From an uncultured delta proteobacterium (GTDB lineage: Bacteria; Desulfobacterota; WTBG01; CAIYCZ01): a DNA stretch of 64,000 nt. Each line of letters starts with the position of its first letter. Position 1 is the first letter of the stretch. The stretch lies in assembly GCA_963803975.1 (NCBI GenBank), contig CAWDOY010000016.1, forward strand, positions 1 to 64,000. Direction: 5' to 3'. Below, in pieces: positions 45,462-56,966 of this stretch. The position numbers and the translations under genes are program-made. The notes below the pieces were generated by a model. The model saw only the letters and a program-made list of their open reading frames with translations. It was not told the DNA's origin and made no database searches.

Positions 45462-45647
45462 GTGGCCAAGAAATCATTAATTGCCAAGGCAAAACGGCCT
45501 AATAAATTTAAAGTACGAAACTACCTGCGCTGTCCGCTGTGCGGTCGCCCCCGGGCATATATACGGAAATTTGACATGTGCAGGATCTGCTTCCGGAACT
45601 TAGCCCTCAAGGGAGAAATACCCGGGGTCATAAAATCAAGCTGGTAA
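45462..45647 (+). CDS. rpsN: 30S ribosomal protein S14 (short zinc-binding type)
   Basis: RCPLCGRP...CRICFR, 61 aa. Confidence 0.97.
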   Translation: MAKKSLIAKAKRPNKFKVRNYLRCPLCGRPRAYIRKFDMCRICFRNLALKGEIPGVIKSSW

Positions 45648-45677
45648 CAGGAATCATACGATAAGGGGATAGCAACC

Positions 45678-46073
45678 ATGATGACCGATCCAATTGCCGA
45701 CATGCTGACGCGGATCAGAAACGGCTATAAAGCACGCTTTGAAAAGGTGGATATGCCATCTTCCCGGATGAAGGTGAGCATTCTCCAGGCGCTCAAGAAT
45801 GAAGGCTATATTAAAAATTATAAGGTGCTGACTGAGGGACATAAATCGCTGCTGCAGGTCTATTTGAAATATGATGCACGCAAACAGCCGGCGGTGTCAG
45901 ATCTGCGCCGCCTGTCAAAACCGGGCCGGCGCGTCTATGTCGCTAAAGATGAAATTCCCCCGATAAAAAGCGGGCTGGGGCTGGCTATCCTGTCAACCTC
46001 AAAAGGAATTGTAACTGACAAGCAAGCACGCAAAGAAGGTATCGGGGGCGAGCTTATCTGCTCCTGCTGTTAG
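45678..46073 (+). CDS. rpsH: 30S ribosomal protein S8
   Basis: [20 protein letters not shown]. Confidence 0.98.
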   Translation: MMTDPIADMLTRIRNGYKARFEKVDMPSSRMKVSILQALKNEGYIKNYKVLTEGHKSLLQVYLKYDARKQPAVSDLRRLSKPGRRVYVAKDEIPPIKSGLGLAILSTSKGIVTDKQARKEGIGGELICSCC

Positions 46074-46084
46074 AGGAAATAACC

Positions 46085-46621
46085 ATGAGTCGAGTTGGGA
46101 AAATGCCCATTGTTGTGCCCCAGGGGGTTCGTATAAACCTGCAGGGGGCAGTTCTTCAGGTGGAAGGCCCCAAGGGCACAATGCAGCATGCCATACCTGA
46201 AGGCCTGAAGATAGACGTTGCAGACAACAGCATCACCGTAACACGATTGTCTGAACAGAATAAAATCCGCGCCCTGCACGGCCTTACCCGCAGCCTTGTT
46301 GCCAATATGGTGTCAGGGGTCACCCAGGGATTTAAAAAAGAGCTGGAGATTGTCGGCGTCGGCTATCGTGCCGACATGAGCAATAATATGCTCAATTTAA
46401 CGCTGGGATATTCTCATCCGATCAATTTCCCCCTGCCCGAAGGCATTAAGGGCAAGGTTGAAAAGCAGGTCATTACCATCGAGGGAATTGACAAGGGGCT
46501 GGTGGGCCAGATCGCAGCCAAAATTAAAAGCCTGAGAAAGCCTGATGTCTACAAGGGAAAGGGCATCCGCTATCTTGGTGAAGTGATAAAAACCAAGGTT
46601 GGCAAAAGCGGGGCAAAATAA
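46085..46621 (+). CDS. rplF: 50S ribosomal protein L6
   Basis: MSRVGK, GVGYRA, YKGKGIRY. Confidence 0.98.
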   Translation: MSRVGKMPIVVPQGVRINLQGAVLQVEGPKGTMQHAIPEGLKIDVADNSITVTRLSEQNKIRALHGLTRSLVANMVSGVTQGFKKELEIVGVGYRADMSNNMLNLTLGYSHPINFPLPEGIKGKVEKQVITIEGIDKGLVGQIAAKIKSLRKPDVYKGKGIRYLGEVIKTKVGKSGAK

Positions 46622-46658
46622 ATACCATAAACGCTCTCTATAGGGTAGGTGAAGATTC

Positions 46659-47027
46659 GTGAGTGCACGGGAAGAAAAAAACAGAAAACACCTGAGAAGA
46701 AAAAAAAGGATTCGCAAGAACATTGCCGGTACTGCTGAACGGCCCCGGCTTACTGTTTACCGGAGTCTTCATCATATCTACGCACAGTTGATTGATGATG
46801 CGCAGGGAAGCACGGTCCTGGGGGTGTCAACCCGGAGTAAAGAGCTGCAGGGAAAACTAAAGACAGCAGATACCATTGCAGCGGCACAGCAGGTCGGAGC
46901 CCTGGTGGCTGAAAAAGCGCTGGCGCTGAAGGTGGAGCGCGTGGTGTTTGATCGCAACGGCTATTTGTATCATGGCCGTATCAAGGCACTGGCTGATGCT
47001 GCACGAGCAAAAGGTTTAAAATTTTAA
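46659..47027 (+). CDS. rplR: 50S ribosomal protein L18
   Basis: [20 protein letters not shown]. Confidence 0.98.
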   Translation: MSAREEKNRKHLRRKKRIRKNIAGTAERPRLTVYRSLHHIYAQLIDDAQGSTVLGVSTRSKELQGKLKTADTIAAAQQVGALVAEKALALKVERVVFDRNGYLYHGRIKALADAARAKGLKF

Positions 47028-47039
47028 GGAGGTCATGGT

Positions 47040-47495
47040 TTGGCATTTGATAGCGCAGACGAACTCACATTTATTGATAAAATCGTTCATATAAGCCGTG
47101 TAGCAAAAGTAGTAAAGGGCGGCCGGCGCTTCAGCTTTAGCGCGCTGGTGGTGGTGGGCGACGGGAAAGGCCATGTGGGATCAGGCCTGGGAAAGGCAAA
47201 GGAAGTGCCGGAGGCTATCAGAAAGGCAATTGAGCATGCGCGCAGAGAACTCATCACCGTACCCATTATGAACGGCACCATTCCCCATGAAACCATCGGC
47301 CACTTTGGCGCCGGCAAGGTATTTATGAAGCCCGCAGCTGAAGGTACCGGTGTTATTGCCGGTGGAGCGGTCCGGGCCATTATGGAAGTGGTGGGGGTGA
47401 AAAACATTCTCACCAAATGCATCAGGTCGCGCAACCCCCATAACGTGATTAAAGCAACGCTGGAAGGACTGAGCAGGCTCACGGCACCAGCCTGA
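47040..47495 (+). CDS. rpsE: 30S ribosomal protein S5
   Basis: [20 protein letters not shown]. Confidence 0.97.
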   Translation: MAFDSADELTFIDKIVHISRVAKVVKGGRRFSFSALVVVGDGKGHVGSGLGKAKEVPEAIRKAIEHARRELITVPIMNGTIPHETIGHFGAGKVFMKPAAEGTGVIAGGAVRAIMEVVGVKNILTKCIRSRNPHNVIKATLEGLSRLTAPA

Positions 47496-47551
47496 GCAAG
47501 CGCGCGCGGGCATTTTTAATCAACGCAACCTACGTATGAAGAGAACGGACA

Positions 47552-47737
47552 ATGGCAGCTAAACTGAAAGTAACCCTGGTACGAAGTAAAATCGGCAGGC
47601 CGGAAAAGCAGAGACGCGTTCTGCAGAGCCTGGGACTGCATAAACTGAACAAGACTAAAATATTTTATAATACTCCCCAGATTCGGGGGATGATTGTCAA
47701 GGTGCACCATCTCCTGAAAGTGGAGGAGGCGGTCTAA
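47552..47737 (+). CDS. rpmD: 50S ribosomal protein L30
   Basis: [17 protein letters not shown]. Confidence 0.96.
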   Translation: MAAKLKVTLVRSKIGRPEKQRRVLQSLGLHKLNKTKIFYNTPQIRGMIVKVHHLLKVEEAV

Positions 47738-47756
47738 CGCATAGAGGAAAACGGTG

Positions 47757-48200
47757 ATGGATTTAAGTACGCTTACCCCCCCCCGGGGGTCGCGCAAGAA
47801 CAGAAAGCGGGTCGGCCGCGGCGAGGGCTCAGGTCACGGAGGGACGGCCTGTAAAGGGCATAAAGGGCAGAAAGCACGCTCCGGAGGAACGACCGCGGTT
47901 GGCTTTGAAGGCGGCCAGATGCCTCTCAAAAGACGGCTGCCCAAACGGGGCTTCGCCAATATATTCAAAAAACAGTACGCACTGGTGGATGTGCAGCAGC
48001 TCTGCGTTTTTGAAGCACAGAGCACGGTAGACCCTGCAGCGCTGCTGAAAGCCGGCCTGGTCACCAAGATCTACGATGGCATAAAGGTTCTGGGGGATGG
48101 GGAGATAGACCGCCCCCTGGTGGTGAAGGTCCATAGATACAGTCAGTCTGCCTCTAATAAAATAACGGCCGCAGGCGGGCGGGTCGAGGAGCTTAAGTGA
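47757..48200 (+). CDS. rplO: 50S ribosomal protein L15
   Basis: [18 protein letters not shown]. Confidence 0.98.
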   Translation: MDLSTLTPPRGSRKNRKRVGRGEGSGHGGTACKGHKGQKARSGGTTAVGFEGGQMPLKRRLPKRGFANIFKKQYALVDVQQLCVFEAQSTVDPAALLKAGLVTKIYDGIKVLGDGEIDRPLVVKVHRYSQSASNKITAAGGRVEELK

Positions 48201-49522
48201 TCGGCGGATTCCAAAACATACCCAAGATTCCTGAGCTGCGCAAGCGCATTATTATAAGCTTTCTGCTGCTCGCTGTGTACCGGGTCGGGGTGCATATTCC
48301 GACTCCCGGGATTGACGGCAATGCCCTGGCAGCGTTTTTTGCCCGGGCCAAGGGCACGCTGTTCGGGTTCATGGACATGTTTTCCGGCGGCGCCCTTGAG
48401 CACATGTCGGTGTTTGCCCTGGGAATCATGCCCTATATCAGCTCTTCCATTATTCTGCAGCTGCTCACCATGGTCATCCCCTACCTGGAAAAGCTGCAAA
48501 AGGAGGGGGAGGCGGGCAGAAAAAAAATTACCCAGTACACCCGCTACGGCACGGTAATCCTGAGTATCATTCAGGGGTTTGGCATCAGCGTGGGCCTGGA
48601 GAAAATGGCCGGGCCCGCAGGCGAGCCGGTGGTGCTTGCGGCAGGATGGGGGTTCCGCCTGATGACCATTATCACCCTCACCTCCGGCACCGCGTTTATT
48701 ATGTGGCTCGGTGAACAGATAACTGAGCGGGGCATTGGTAACGGTATTTCGCTCATCATCTTTGCCGGTATTGTTGCCCGGATGCCCTCGGCCATCATCA
48801 ATACGGTCAGGCTGATGCAGACCGGTGAAATGGGCCCGCTGCTCATTCTGCTGGTTCTTGCCGTAATGGTTCTGGTGGTGGGCGGCATTATTTACATGGA
48901 GCGGTCGCAGCGAAAGATACCGGTCCAGTATGCCAAGCGCGTTATCGGCAGAAAGATTTACGGGGGCCAGAGTACCCACCTGCCGCTGAAGATCAACACC
49001 GCGGGCGTTATACCGCCTATTTTTGCGTCATCGATTCTCATGTTTCCGCTCACCATTGCCCAATTCCTGCCCAAGGAAGTGCTGGAGAAATATCCCTGGG
49101 CCAACGCCATTATTGACAGCCTCAATAGCGGGCAGCTGGTTTATAATATTCTGTATGTGACCTTTATCATCTTCTTCTGCTATTTCTATACGGCGGTAGT
49201 CTTTAATCCCATGGATGTGGCAGACAATATGAAAAAATACGGCGGGTATATCCCGGGCATACGGCCGGGCAAAAAGACCGCCGAATATATTGACTGGGTG
49301 CTGACCAGGATCACCTTTGTCGGAGCACTGTATGTATCTGCCGTCTGCGTGCTGCCGACTATTTTAATCGGCCGTTTTAATATTCCGTTCTATTTTGGCG
49401 GGACGGCGCTTCTTATTGTGGTGGGGGTTGCGCTTGATACGGTAGCCCAGATGGAATCCCACCTGCTCACCAGGCATTATGATGGATTCCTGAAGCGGGG
49501 GCAGTTCAAAGGCAGGCGATAG
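48197..49522 (+). CDS. secY: Preprotein translocase SecY
   Basis: [35 protein letters not shown]. Confidence 0.99.
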   Translation: MIGGFQNIPKIPELRKRIIISFLLLAVYRVGVHIPTPGIDGNALAAFFARAKGTLFGFMDMFSGGALEHMSVFALGIMPYISSSIILQLLTMVIPYLEKLQKEGEAGRKKITQYTRYGTVILSIIQGFGISVGLEKMAGPAGEPVVLAAGWGFRLMTIITLTSGTAFIMWLGEQITERGIGNGISLIIFAGIVARMPSAIINTVRLMQTGEMGPLLILLVLAVMVLVVGGIIYMERSQRKIPVQYAKRVIGRKIYGGQSTHLPLKINTAGVIPPIFASSILMFPLTIAQFLPKEVLEKYPWANAIIDSLNSGQLVYNILYVTFIIFFCYFYTAVVFNPMDVADNMKKYGGYIPGIRPGKKTAEYIDWVLTRITFVGALYVSAVCVLPTILIGRFNIPFYFGGTALLIVVGVALDTVAQMESHLLTRHYDGFLKRGQFKGRR

Positions 49523-49567
49523 CTTACGAGCGCACAGCGGTAACAGCAGGGAAGAGAAGTCGAACGC

Positions 49568-50215
49568 ATGAATATTATACTGTTAGGACCTCCCGGCAGC
49601 GGAAAAGGTACCCAGGCCAAGATGCTGATGGAGATATATACCATTCCCCAGATTTCTACCGGCGATATACTGCGGGCTGCCGTTGCCAATCAGACAGCGC
49701 TCGGCAAGCAGGCCAAGGAGTGTATGAATAAGGGGGCGCTGGTTCCCGATGAGCTGGTGGTCAAGATCGTGGAAGAACGGCTCAAGGAGCGCGACTGCGG
49801 CCGTGGTTTCATCCTTGATGGATTTCCCCGGACCGTAGCTCAGGCAGAGGCGCTGGACCGGCTCAATATAAAAATAGAAGCAGCGGTTAATGTCGAGGTG
49901 GGCAATGATGAGCTCATGAAGCGCTTAACCGGGCGGCGCACCTGCAGGACCTGCGGAGCCATGTACCATATCTATTTCAATGCCCCGCGCCGTGACGGGG
50001 TATGCGATACATGCAACGGCGAGCTCTATCAGCGCGATGACGACAAGGAAGAAACCATACAGACCCGGCTGGTGGTCTATGAGCAGCAGACCAACCCGCT
50101 CATCAGCTGGTATCAGAAGAAGAATATCGTATACAGTGTTGACGGGATCGGCACGGTGCAGGAAATTTTTGGCCGGATAACCGGGGCATTAAAAAAAGCA
50201 GGGCTCTCTGCGTAA
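49568..50215 (+). CDS. adk: Adenylate kinase (zinc-type LID)
   Basis: [22 protein letters not shown]...CDTC. Confidence 0.98.
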   Translation: MNIILLGPPGSGKGTQAKMLMEIYTIPQISTGDILRAAVANQTALGKQAKECMNKGALVPDELVVKIVEERLKERDCGRGFILDGFPRTVAQAEALDRLNIKIEAAVNVEVGNDELMKRLTGRRTCRTCGAMYHIYFNAPRRDGVCDTCNGELYQRDDDKEETIQTRLVVYEQQTNPLISWYQKKNIVYSVDGIGTVQEIFGRITGALKKAGLSA

Positions 50216-50238
50216 CGGTACATCTGGCGTGTAGGCGT

Positions 50239-50457
50239 ATGTCAAAAGAAGATTGCATAGAATTTGAGGGAACGGTTTTGGAGACATTGCCCAACGCAGT
50301 GTTCCGGGTGGCACTTGATAATGGGCATAAAATCCTTGCCCACATATCCGGCAAGATGCGCATGCACTATATAAAGATTCTGCCCGGCGACCGGGTGATG
50401 GTACAGGTTTCACCCTATGATCTGAACAAGGGCCGGATTATCTATCGCTCCAAGTAA
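50239..50457 (+). CDS. infA: Translation initiation factor IF-1
   Basis: [16 protein letters not shown]. Confidence 0.98.
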   Translation: MSKEDCIEFEGTVLETLPNAVFRVALDNGHKILAHISGKMRMHYIKILPGDRVMVQVSPYDLNKGRIIYRSK

Positions 50458-50482
50458 ATATAACCAGGTTGAGTGAGTTGTC

Positions 50483-50596
50483 ATGAAGGTCAGAGCTTCG
50501 GTAAAAAAGATTTGTGCTAAATGCACGATTATCAAGCGCAAGGGGGTAGTGCGCGTGATTTGCGAAAATCCGAAACATAAACAGCGCCAGGGATAG
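50483..50596 (+). CDS. rpmJ: 50S ribosomal protein L36
   Basis: [14 protein letters not shown]...[13 protein letters not shown]; too short for the ORF track. Confidence 0.97.
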   Translation: MKVRASVKKICAKCTIIKRKGVVRVICENPKHKQRQG

Positions 50597-50647
50597 GGCG
50601 CTCACGCACTAACGTTGTAACCTAACCGGAAACACAAGGAGAATGGT

Positions 50648-51028
50648 GTGCCAAGAATAGCTGGTGTGGATTTACCAAAATCCAAAAGAATCGTCATCGC
50701 CTTAACCTATATTTATGGCATCAGCAGGACCAGCGCGGAGCAGATTCTGCAGCAGACGGGAGTTGATGTCTCGCGGAAGGCCAGCGCGCTCACCGACCAG
50801 GAGGTTGCCAAAATTGCGGAGCTCATTAATCAGTCGTATAAGGTTGAAGGCGACCTGCGCAAAGAAAACTCCATGAACATCAAGCGGCTGATGGATATCG
50901 GCTCCTACCGCGGGCTGCGCCACCGGAAAGGGCTTCCGGTGAGAGGCCAGCGCACCCATACCAACGCCCGCACCCGCAAGGGACCGCGGCGTGCAACGGT
51001 CGGCAAGAAAAAAGAAGTTAAAAAATAA
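50648..51028 (+). CDS. rpsM: 30S ribosomal protein S13
   Basis: [23 protein letters not shown]. Confidence 0.98.
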   Translation: MPRIAGVDLPKSKRIVIALTYIYGISRTSAEQILQQTGVDVSRKASALTDQEVAKIAELINQSYKVEGDLRKENSMNIKRLMDIGSYRGLRHRKGLPVRGQRTHTNARTRKGPRRATVGKKKEVKK

Positions 51029-51066
51029 GGTTTCCATAACACCAGTCTGAACACTAGAGGGAATGC

Positions 51067-51456
51067 ATGGCAGAGCAGAAAAAAACCCGCAAGAAAAAAG
51101 AGAAAAAGAATATTCCCAATGGTATTGCGCACATTCAATCGACCTTCAACAATACCGTTATTACGATAACGGATATGGTGGGCAACACCATCGCCTGGTC
51201 AAGTGCCGGCGTGATGGGCTTTAAAGGTTCGCGGAAAAATACCCCGTATGCGGCAACTCAGGCTGCAGAGGATGTGGCCAAGAAGGCACGAGAGCACGGC
51301 GTAAAAAACCTCGAAGTCTATATCAAGGGTCCCGGTGCGGGACGCGAGGCAGCTCTGAGATCTCTCCAGGCCATGGGGTTCAGCATTAAACTCATACGGG
51401 ATGTAACCCCCATCCCCCATAATGGGTGCCGGCAGCCAAAGCGCAGACGCGTCTAG
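51067..51456 (+). CDS. rpsK: 30S ribosomal protein S11
   Basis: [17 protein letters not shown]. Confidence 0.98.
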   Translation: MAEQKKTRKKKEKKNIPNGIAHIQSTFNNTVITITDMVGNTIAWSSAGVMGFKGSRKNTPYAATQAAEDVAKKAREHGVKNLEVYIKGPGAGREAALRSLQAMGFSIKLIRDVTPIPHNGCRQPKRRRV

Positions 51457-51527
51457 GCTCAGGTCCCAGGCATCCAGGAGAATTTCAACCAGAGAACGGA
51501 TGGTAATGTAAGAAAGGAGATAGTACG

Positions 51528-52154
51528 TTGGCACGTTATAACGGTGCAGTTTGTCGGCTTTGCCGAAGAGAAAACACAAAACTATTTCTAAAGGGGGAGC
51601 GCTGTTATACTGATAAATGTGCAGTTGACCGGCGTCAATATGCTCCCGGCCAGCACGGACAGCGGCGCTCCAAGCTTACTGACTATGGCGATCAGTTGCG
51701 CGAAAAGCAGAGACTGAAACGCATCTACGGCGTTCTGGAAAAGCAGTTTAAAAACTATTTTCAGAAAGCAGCGCAACAGAAGGGCATTACCGGTGAAAAC
51801 CTGCTGCTTTTTCTGGAGCGGCGGCTTGATAATGTGGTGTATCGCCTGGGATTTGCTGCCTCCCGCAATGAGGCGCGCCAGCTGGTGCGCCACGGCCATT
51901 TCTCGATCAATGGCAGAAGGGCCACGATTTCGTCAATACTGGTCAAGCCGGGTGATATCATCAAGCTCTGCGAAAAAAGCCAGAGCATGGGAAAAATTAA
52001 AGAGTCATTGGAAGTCGCGAGCCGCCGGGGTATTTCCCGCTGGCTTGAATTGGATGCGGCTGCCTTTACCGGCAAACTGGTATCGCTTCCTGCACGGGAA
52101 GAGCTTACCATGCCAATCAGGGAACAGCTCATTGTAGAGCTCTACAGCCGTTAA
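51528..52154 (+). CDS. rpsD: 30S ribosomal protein S4
   Basis: [20 protein letters not shown]. Confidence 0.98.
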   Translation: MARYNGAVCRLCRRENTKLFLKGERCYTDKCAVDRRQYAPGQHGQRRSKLTDYGDQLREKQRLKRIYGVLEKQFKNYFQKAAQQKGITGENLLLFLERRLDNVVYRLGFAASRNEARQLVRHGHFSINGRRATISSILVKPGDIIKLCEKSQSMGKIKESLEVASRRGISRWLELDAAAFTGKLVSLPAREELTMPIREQLIVELYSR

Positions 52155-52196
52155 CAGCCCCGTTCAGGGCAGAATTACAAGGTAAGGTGAGGGACT

Positions 52197-53222
52197 ATGC
52201 AACGACCGTGGCATACTATTATTAAGCCGAAATGCCTTGAAGTTGAGGAAGAAACACTAACGCCATCGTATGGCCGATTTACTGCAGAGCCGTTTGAGCG
52301 AGGCTTCGGCATAACGCTGGGCAACTCATTGCGACGCATCATGATCGCCTCTCTGCAGGGAGCCGCCATAACTGCCGTGCGGATTGATGGGATACTGCAC
52401 GAATTTTCGACGGTTCCGGGTGTTCGCGAGGATGTGACCGAGATCGTGCTCAATTTAAAGGAAGCGCGTCTGAAACTGCATTCAGACGGACCGGAGACTG
52501 TTTACATTAAAGCCAAGGGAGAAGGCGCGGTTACCGCCCGTGATATCATCGTGAACAGCAATGTGGAGGTGCTCAATCCCGACCTGCACATTGCAACCCT
52601 GTCCGCTGATGCTACGCTGCACATGGAATTGACCGTTAACCGGGGACGGGGATACTGCCCGGCGGAAAAGAACCGCCATCCCAATCAGCCGATCGGCACC
52701 ATCCCCATTGATTCGATTTTCAGCCCGATACGCAAGGTTAACTATAATGTTACCCACGCGCGGGTTGGTCAGATAACCGATTATGATAAACTGAGCCTGG
52801 AAATATGGACTGACGGCAGTATCTCACCGGAGGATGCCGTTGCCTATGCGGCAAAAATTATCCAGACCCAGCTCAAGCTGTTCATCAATTTTGAAGATGT
52901 GCCAGACGAGCCAGACGACAAGGGATCTGGGCCAATAGTTACAACGTGGCCGCCAGGTCTGTACTGCAGCATCGATGAGCTTGAACTTTCGGTGCGCTCT
53001 TCCAACTGCTTGAGGAATGCCAATATCAGGTACATCTGGGAGCTGGTGCAGCGGTCCGAGCCGGAAATGCTTAAAACGAAAAATTTCGGCCGGAAGTCGC
53101 TCAACGAGATCAAGGAAATTTTAGCTGACAAGAATTTAACCCTGGGCATGAAACTCGACGGATTTGAACCGCCTGAAGAACCTGTGGCAGCAAAGAAGGA
53201 TGACGACAACGACGAGGAATAA
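52197..53222 (+). CDS. rpoA: RNA polymerase alpha subunit
   Basis: GFGITLGNSLRR, LSVRSSNCL, NFGRKSL. Confidence 0.99.
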   Translation: MQRPWHTIIKPKCLEVEEETLTPSYGRFTAEPFERGFGITLGNSLRRIMIASLQGAAITAVRIDGILHEFSTVPGVREDVTEIVLNLKEARLKLHSDGPETVYIKAKGEGAVTARDIIVNSNVEVLNPDLHIATLSADATLHMELTVNRGRGYCPAEKNRHPNQPIGTIPIDSIFSPIRKVNYNVTHARVGQITDYDKLSLEIWTDGSISPEDAVAYAAKIIQTQLKLFINFEDVPDEPDDKGSGPIVTTWPPGLYCSIDELELSVRSSNCLRNANIRYIWELVQRSEPEMLKTKNFGRKSLNEIKEILADKNLTLGMKLDGFEPPEEPVAAKKDDDNDEE

Positions 53223-53230
53223 TGTTCTGA

Positions 53231-53386
53231 CAGGATGTTGAAAAAATAAAAAGTTTTTTTTCAGGCTGGTCAAAAACATCCGGATGCAAGGCGCGCGAAA
53301 TCAAGAGGAATGAGTCGTACTTTATAGTACGTCGCAATGACGAAGGATGAGCGCAACGAAGCAGAGGGGTGTTTTTCAACGGCCTG
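53231..53386. mobile_element. MITE-like element between rpoA and rplQ
   Basis: Imperfect terminal inverted repeats CAGGATGTTGAAAAA and TTTTTCAACGGCCTG, an inner copy CAGGCTGGTCAAAAA, and an internal palindrome CGTAC-N5-GTACG. Confidence 0.65.
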
Positions 53387-53415
53387 CTAAGAACATAGAC
53401 GCAGGAATGTGAATC

Positions 53416-53916
53416 ATGAGACACCTAAAGGCTGGAAGAAAACTGGGAAGAGAAACAAGCCACCGTCTGGCAATGTTCCGCAATATGGTAACGTCTCTGC
53501 TGGAACATGAGCGGATCGAGACGACCGAACAGAAGGCCAAGGAGCTGAAGCGCCTGGCGGATAAAATGGTGACCCTCGGCAAGCGCGGCGACCTGCACGC
53601 GCGGCGCCAGGCCATGAAAGTAATCCGCACCGAGACGGTCGGCAAAAAGCTGTTTGATGAAATCGCCCCCCGCTTTAAAGACCGCTCCGGCGGGTATACG
53701 CGTATTATAAAGATCGGGCGGCGGGTGGGAGACAATGCCCTGGTCGTTCTTATTGAGCTGGTGGAGCAGGGCAAAAAGGAGCTGGAGAAGAAGGAGAAAG
53801 AAAAGAAGCCCGCCAAGGGGAAAAAGCCGGCTAAAGAAAAAGCCGCCGCGGAAAAGCCGTGGAAAGAGAAGTTTAAAAAAGAGAAAGAGAAGAAAGCTGA
53901 GAAAGAGAAAAAATAA
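53416..53916 (+). CDS. rplQ: 50S ribosomal protein L17 with Lys/Glu-rich tail
   Basis: MRH...[19 protein letters not shown]. Confidence 0.98.
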   Translation: MRHLKAGRKLGRETSHRLAMFRNMVTSLLEHERIETTEQKAKELKRLADKMVTLGKRGDLHARRQAMKVIRTETVGKKLFDEIAPRFKDRSGGYTRIIKIGRRVGDNALVVLIELVEQGKKELEKKEKEKKPAKGKKPAKEKAAAEKPWKEKFKKEKEKKAEKEKK

Positions 53917-53947
53917 TTTTTTAACAGCAGAAGGTTGAGCATATACT

Positions 53948-53987
53948 ACGCCTGAAGGGGCGAGACGCCCTTTCAGGCGTTTTTTTT
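53948..53987 (+). terminator. Rho-independent terminator of the alpha operon
   Basis: ACGCCTGAAGGGGCG-AGA-CGCCCTTTCAGGCGT followed by a T run. Confidence 0.9.
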
Positions 53988-54129
53988 AAGTATTGATGCA
54001 GCTGGTGCACGCTATTGATCACGGTTTTGTTTCGGCAAATTCTTGCGCGGACCGGGGCTTTGTTCTTGAAAATAAGCGGGATATATTTTATAAGGAAATA
54101 TAGCAGCATGCTAAGGACGGGCACATCGT

Positions 54130-54531
54130 ATGGGAACACGGCAGATCGAGCGACTCTATAAAAAAATGATCACGTTTGAAGACGCCTCAGGCGGCCAGGG
54201 AAATATTGATCCGCGGATCAGGTCTGAAATATTTCAAACCATCATGAATGAGATGGAAGGCCTCCTGAAAAAGCTGAAGCGCAGCAAACACGGCTCCCGG
54301 CAAGCAGAAGAGCTCGGGCTGCAGATCCGCCGGCTTCTGCTCAAAGAGGTGCAGGTCATTATTGATGAGTATGTTCTTTCGCAGCAGAACGGCACGGTCG
54401 AGCGCTGGAAAGAGATGTATGGCGACATCCATTATTACATTAAGAATTTCTACTCCTACCGCACGGAGAGCCGGTTCAGGGGAAACGGCTCCATTGGAAC
54501 TGCCTGCGGGTTTTACGAAACAGACGAGTAA
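54130..54531 (+). CDS. Hypothetical protein
   Basis: 133-aa ORF with RBS and host-like codon use; no family recognised. Confidence 0.65.
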   Translation: MGTRQIERLYKKMITFEDASGGQGNIDPRIRSEIFQTIMNEMEGLLKKLKRSKHGSRQAEELGLQIRRLLLKEVQVIIDEYVLSQQNGTVERWKEMYGDIHYYIKNFYSYRTESRFRGNGSIGTACGFYETDE

Positions 54532-54581
54532 CCGGAGGCCGGCAGAGATCCGGGTCCAGATGAATTGAAAGGGAGGACGCT

Positions 54582-55341
54582 ATGTCATTTGATGAAGAGA
54601 TCACCACCCTGGCGCATGATATCGTGCGCTCGAAAAAAATTGTTGCCCTGAGCGGTGCCGGCATGTCTGTTGAGAGCGATATTGCCTCGTTTCGCGGAAA
54701 AGGCGGGCTGTGGGAGAAATATGACCCTGAAGAGTATGCCCACATTTCAACCCTGAAACACCATCCGGAAAAAGCCTGGATACTGCTTGGTGCCATGCAG
54801 AAGGAGATAGCCAGGGCAAAGCCGAACCAGGGGCACTATGCACTGGCAGAGCTTGAGCAGCTGGGGTTCCTGAAAACCATCATCACGCAGAATGTTGACG
54901 GCCTGCACCACCTGGCAGGAAACAGGGATGTCATCGAGTTCCACGGCAACCTGCAGACGGTCACCTGCATGGATTGCGGCCATCACCTGTCAAGCTCAGA
55001 GATTTCACTTGACGATATTCCGCCGCGCTGCAGCAAATGTAAAGGGCGTGTTTAAACCGGACTGCATATTCTTCGGCGAGGCCATCCCGGTCGAGGCGCT
55101 TACCCGCGCGCATCAGGAATCGCGCACCTGTGACCTGATGCTGGTGCTCGGGACCTCAGCGGTGGTGTATCCCGCGGCAAGCATGCCCGAGATCGCCAAG
55201 AGCGCCGGTGCCCGGGTGGTGGAGATCAACCCCTCAGAAACACCGCTCACCCGGTTTGTCTCTGATTATATTATTCTCGGCAAGACCGGGGACGTATTAC
55301 CCAAGGTTGTAGAGAAAATCAAGACGCTGAAAAACGCTTAG
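54582..55341 (+). CDS. cobB: NAD-dependent protein deacylase, Sir2 family (extra G near 55045)
   Basis: GAGMSVES...FRG, TQNVDGLH, EFHGN, CMDC...CSKC, FGE, GTSAVVYPA. Confidence 0.92.
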
Positions 55342-56624
55342 AATTCTATCTGGGTCTGCAGATAGAAATAATCCACATCTTTATTCTTACCCGTCGCCTG
55401 TCTGAATATATCCGCGGTGAAAAAGCGGTTGGCGCTTGCCAGAATATTCACCTTTTCAGACAGCTCATAGGATAAAAATAAATCAGTTTCACAGCCAATG
55501 GTTTTGGAATAGCCGTCGGGTGTTTTGTCAGCCGTAAAGTGATGCCAGTCAAGACAGAGTGAAAGCTTCGGGCTGAGCTTTACTGATGATGCCACCGTGA
55601 CCACCTTCATGCCGCTTGCGCGGATGTCTCCGATATCAATCCCGCTCACATCAGGAACCAGGCTTATATCACCGACCACCAGGGTGTCATTGTAGATATT
55701 GCCGTGAAATTCACGCATGTCACCGTCCTGCGGATTTCCGTCACCGGTGCCAAAGGCATAGCCTACCCGCAGCGACGGCTCAAACGGCAGATTAAAGTCA
55801 TAGGTCAGGTCGGCGTGGCCGCCGTAGGCGCGGATCTGGCCATCGTCTCCCCGGTTATTGTAGCGAACCTTGCCGAACTGGTACATCGGCTCAAACTCAA
55901 AGCCGAGCCGTTCCATTAGTTTTACGTCAAGCCTGGTCCCGGCAGTAAACCACAGCGGGCTTTCATGGAACAGATGATCATACAAATTCTGGAATCCATG
56001 CCGGTTATAAAAGAAGTAAAAGTCCCAGGCAGTATTTTTAATGCCGCTGTAGGTTGAATAAAATCCGTACAGGCCCGGATTTCCCGCCTTGTTATTGGTA
56101 AAGCTCACCAGGCGTGCCGCGATCAGATCAACGGAGAGGTTGCAGAGCGGCTGAACGTTAATCTTTGCCCCGTCCCAGGTCAGGCCGCGATAGAAGTCGT
56201 CATTGCCGAGAAAGAATGCCGAGCCGTAGACAAAATCCTGGCGCCCGATTTTCAGGTTTATAGGAAGCTGTCCGAGTTTCGGGAATTCAATATAACCCTG
56301 GTACACGGAAAGCCGGTCCTCATTGTCATAGCCGCCCCAGCGGCCGTAAAACTGCGGCTCAAAGTAGAGCCGCACCCAGTCGGCGGGATTTGCCTCGAGG
56401 TGAATGCGGGTTCTGTTCAGGAGTTGTGTTTCGCTTTTGCCCGGATTATAGCTGAAATCATCCAGGGACTGGTTCTGGGTTGCATCATAGCGCAAGCGCA
56501 CCTGACCGCCGATGTTTATCAGACCATATTTTTCTTCTTCTTTTTCTGCTTGTGCCAGTACCTTATCCGACATTAAAACACAGAGCAATAAAACTACCAG
56601 CAACCCGATCATTGCTTTCTTCAT
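55338..56624 (-). CDS. Outer-membrane beta-barrel, alginate-export (AlgE)-like family
   Basis: Signal peptide, GQVRLRY, KIGRQDF, GTGDGNP, C-terminal YLQTQIEF. Confidence 0.8.
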   Translation of the reverse strand: MKKAMIGLLVVLLLCVLMSDKVLAQAEKEEEKYGLINIGGQVRLRYDATQNQSLDDFSYNPGKSETQLLNRTRIHLEANPADWVRLYFEPQFYGRWGGYDNEDRLSVYQGYIEFPKLGQLPINLKIGRQDFVYGSAFFLGNDDFYRGLTWDGAKINVQPLCNLSVDLIAARLVSFTNNKAGNPGLYGFYSTYSGIKNTAWDFYFFYNRHGFQNLYDHLFHESPLWFTAGTRLDVKLMERLGFEFEPMYQFGKVRYNNRGDDGQIRAYGGHADLTYDFNLPFEPSLRVGYAFGTGDGNPQDGDMREFHGNIYNDTLVVGDISLVPDVSGIDIGDIRASGMKVVTVASSVKLSPKLSLCLDWHHFTADKTPDGYSKTIGCETDLFLSYELSEKVNILASANRFFTADIFRQATGKNKDVDYFYLQTQIEF

Positions 56625-56966
56625 TGGCAAGTCTCCACTAACATTGTATTGATGAAAGACTCATAAAATTCAAATTGAAAAAATATATATTGATGGAATA
56701 ATGCTGTCAAGTGCCAAGATATTTTATGGCCTTTTTCTGATCGTTAATGAGAAACAAAAGAAAATTTGAGCTTTATTGCGAGATATTTTATGACAAGAAG
56801 CTGGATTGGCGAGAATAACTAATTGTGGTTGAAGTGGTGATTAACCCAAGATGACATGCGTTATGATGCTCTGTTCATTTTAAACTATGTAGCCAAACAG
56901 CCTATGCATAAATCCCTGCTGCCAAACAGAGATTTAAGTATGCACAAAAGTATGCCTCAATTGTTA

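Noticed and set aside
50215..50239. Absence of map between adk and infA
   Set aside because: This is an ordinary lineage-level variation of the spc/alpha region.
53760..53916. Lys/Glu-rich L17 tail as a novelty
   Set aside because: Low-complexity C-terminal extensions on L17 are common in many bacteria.
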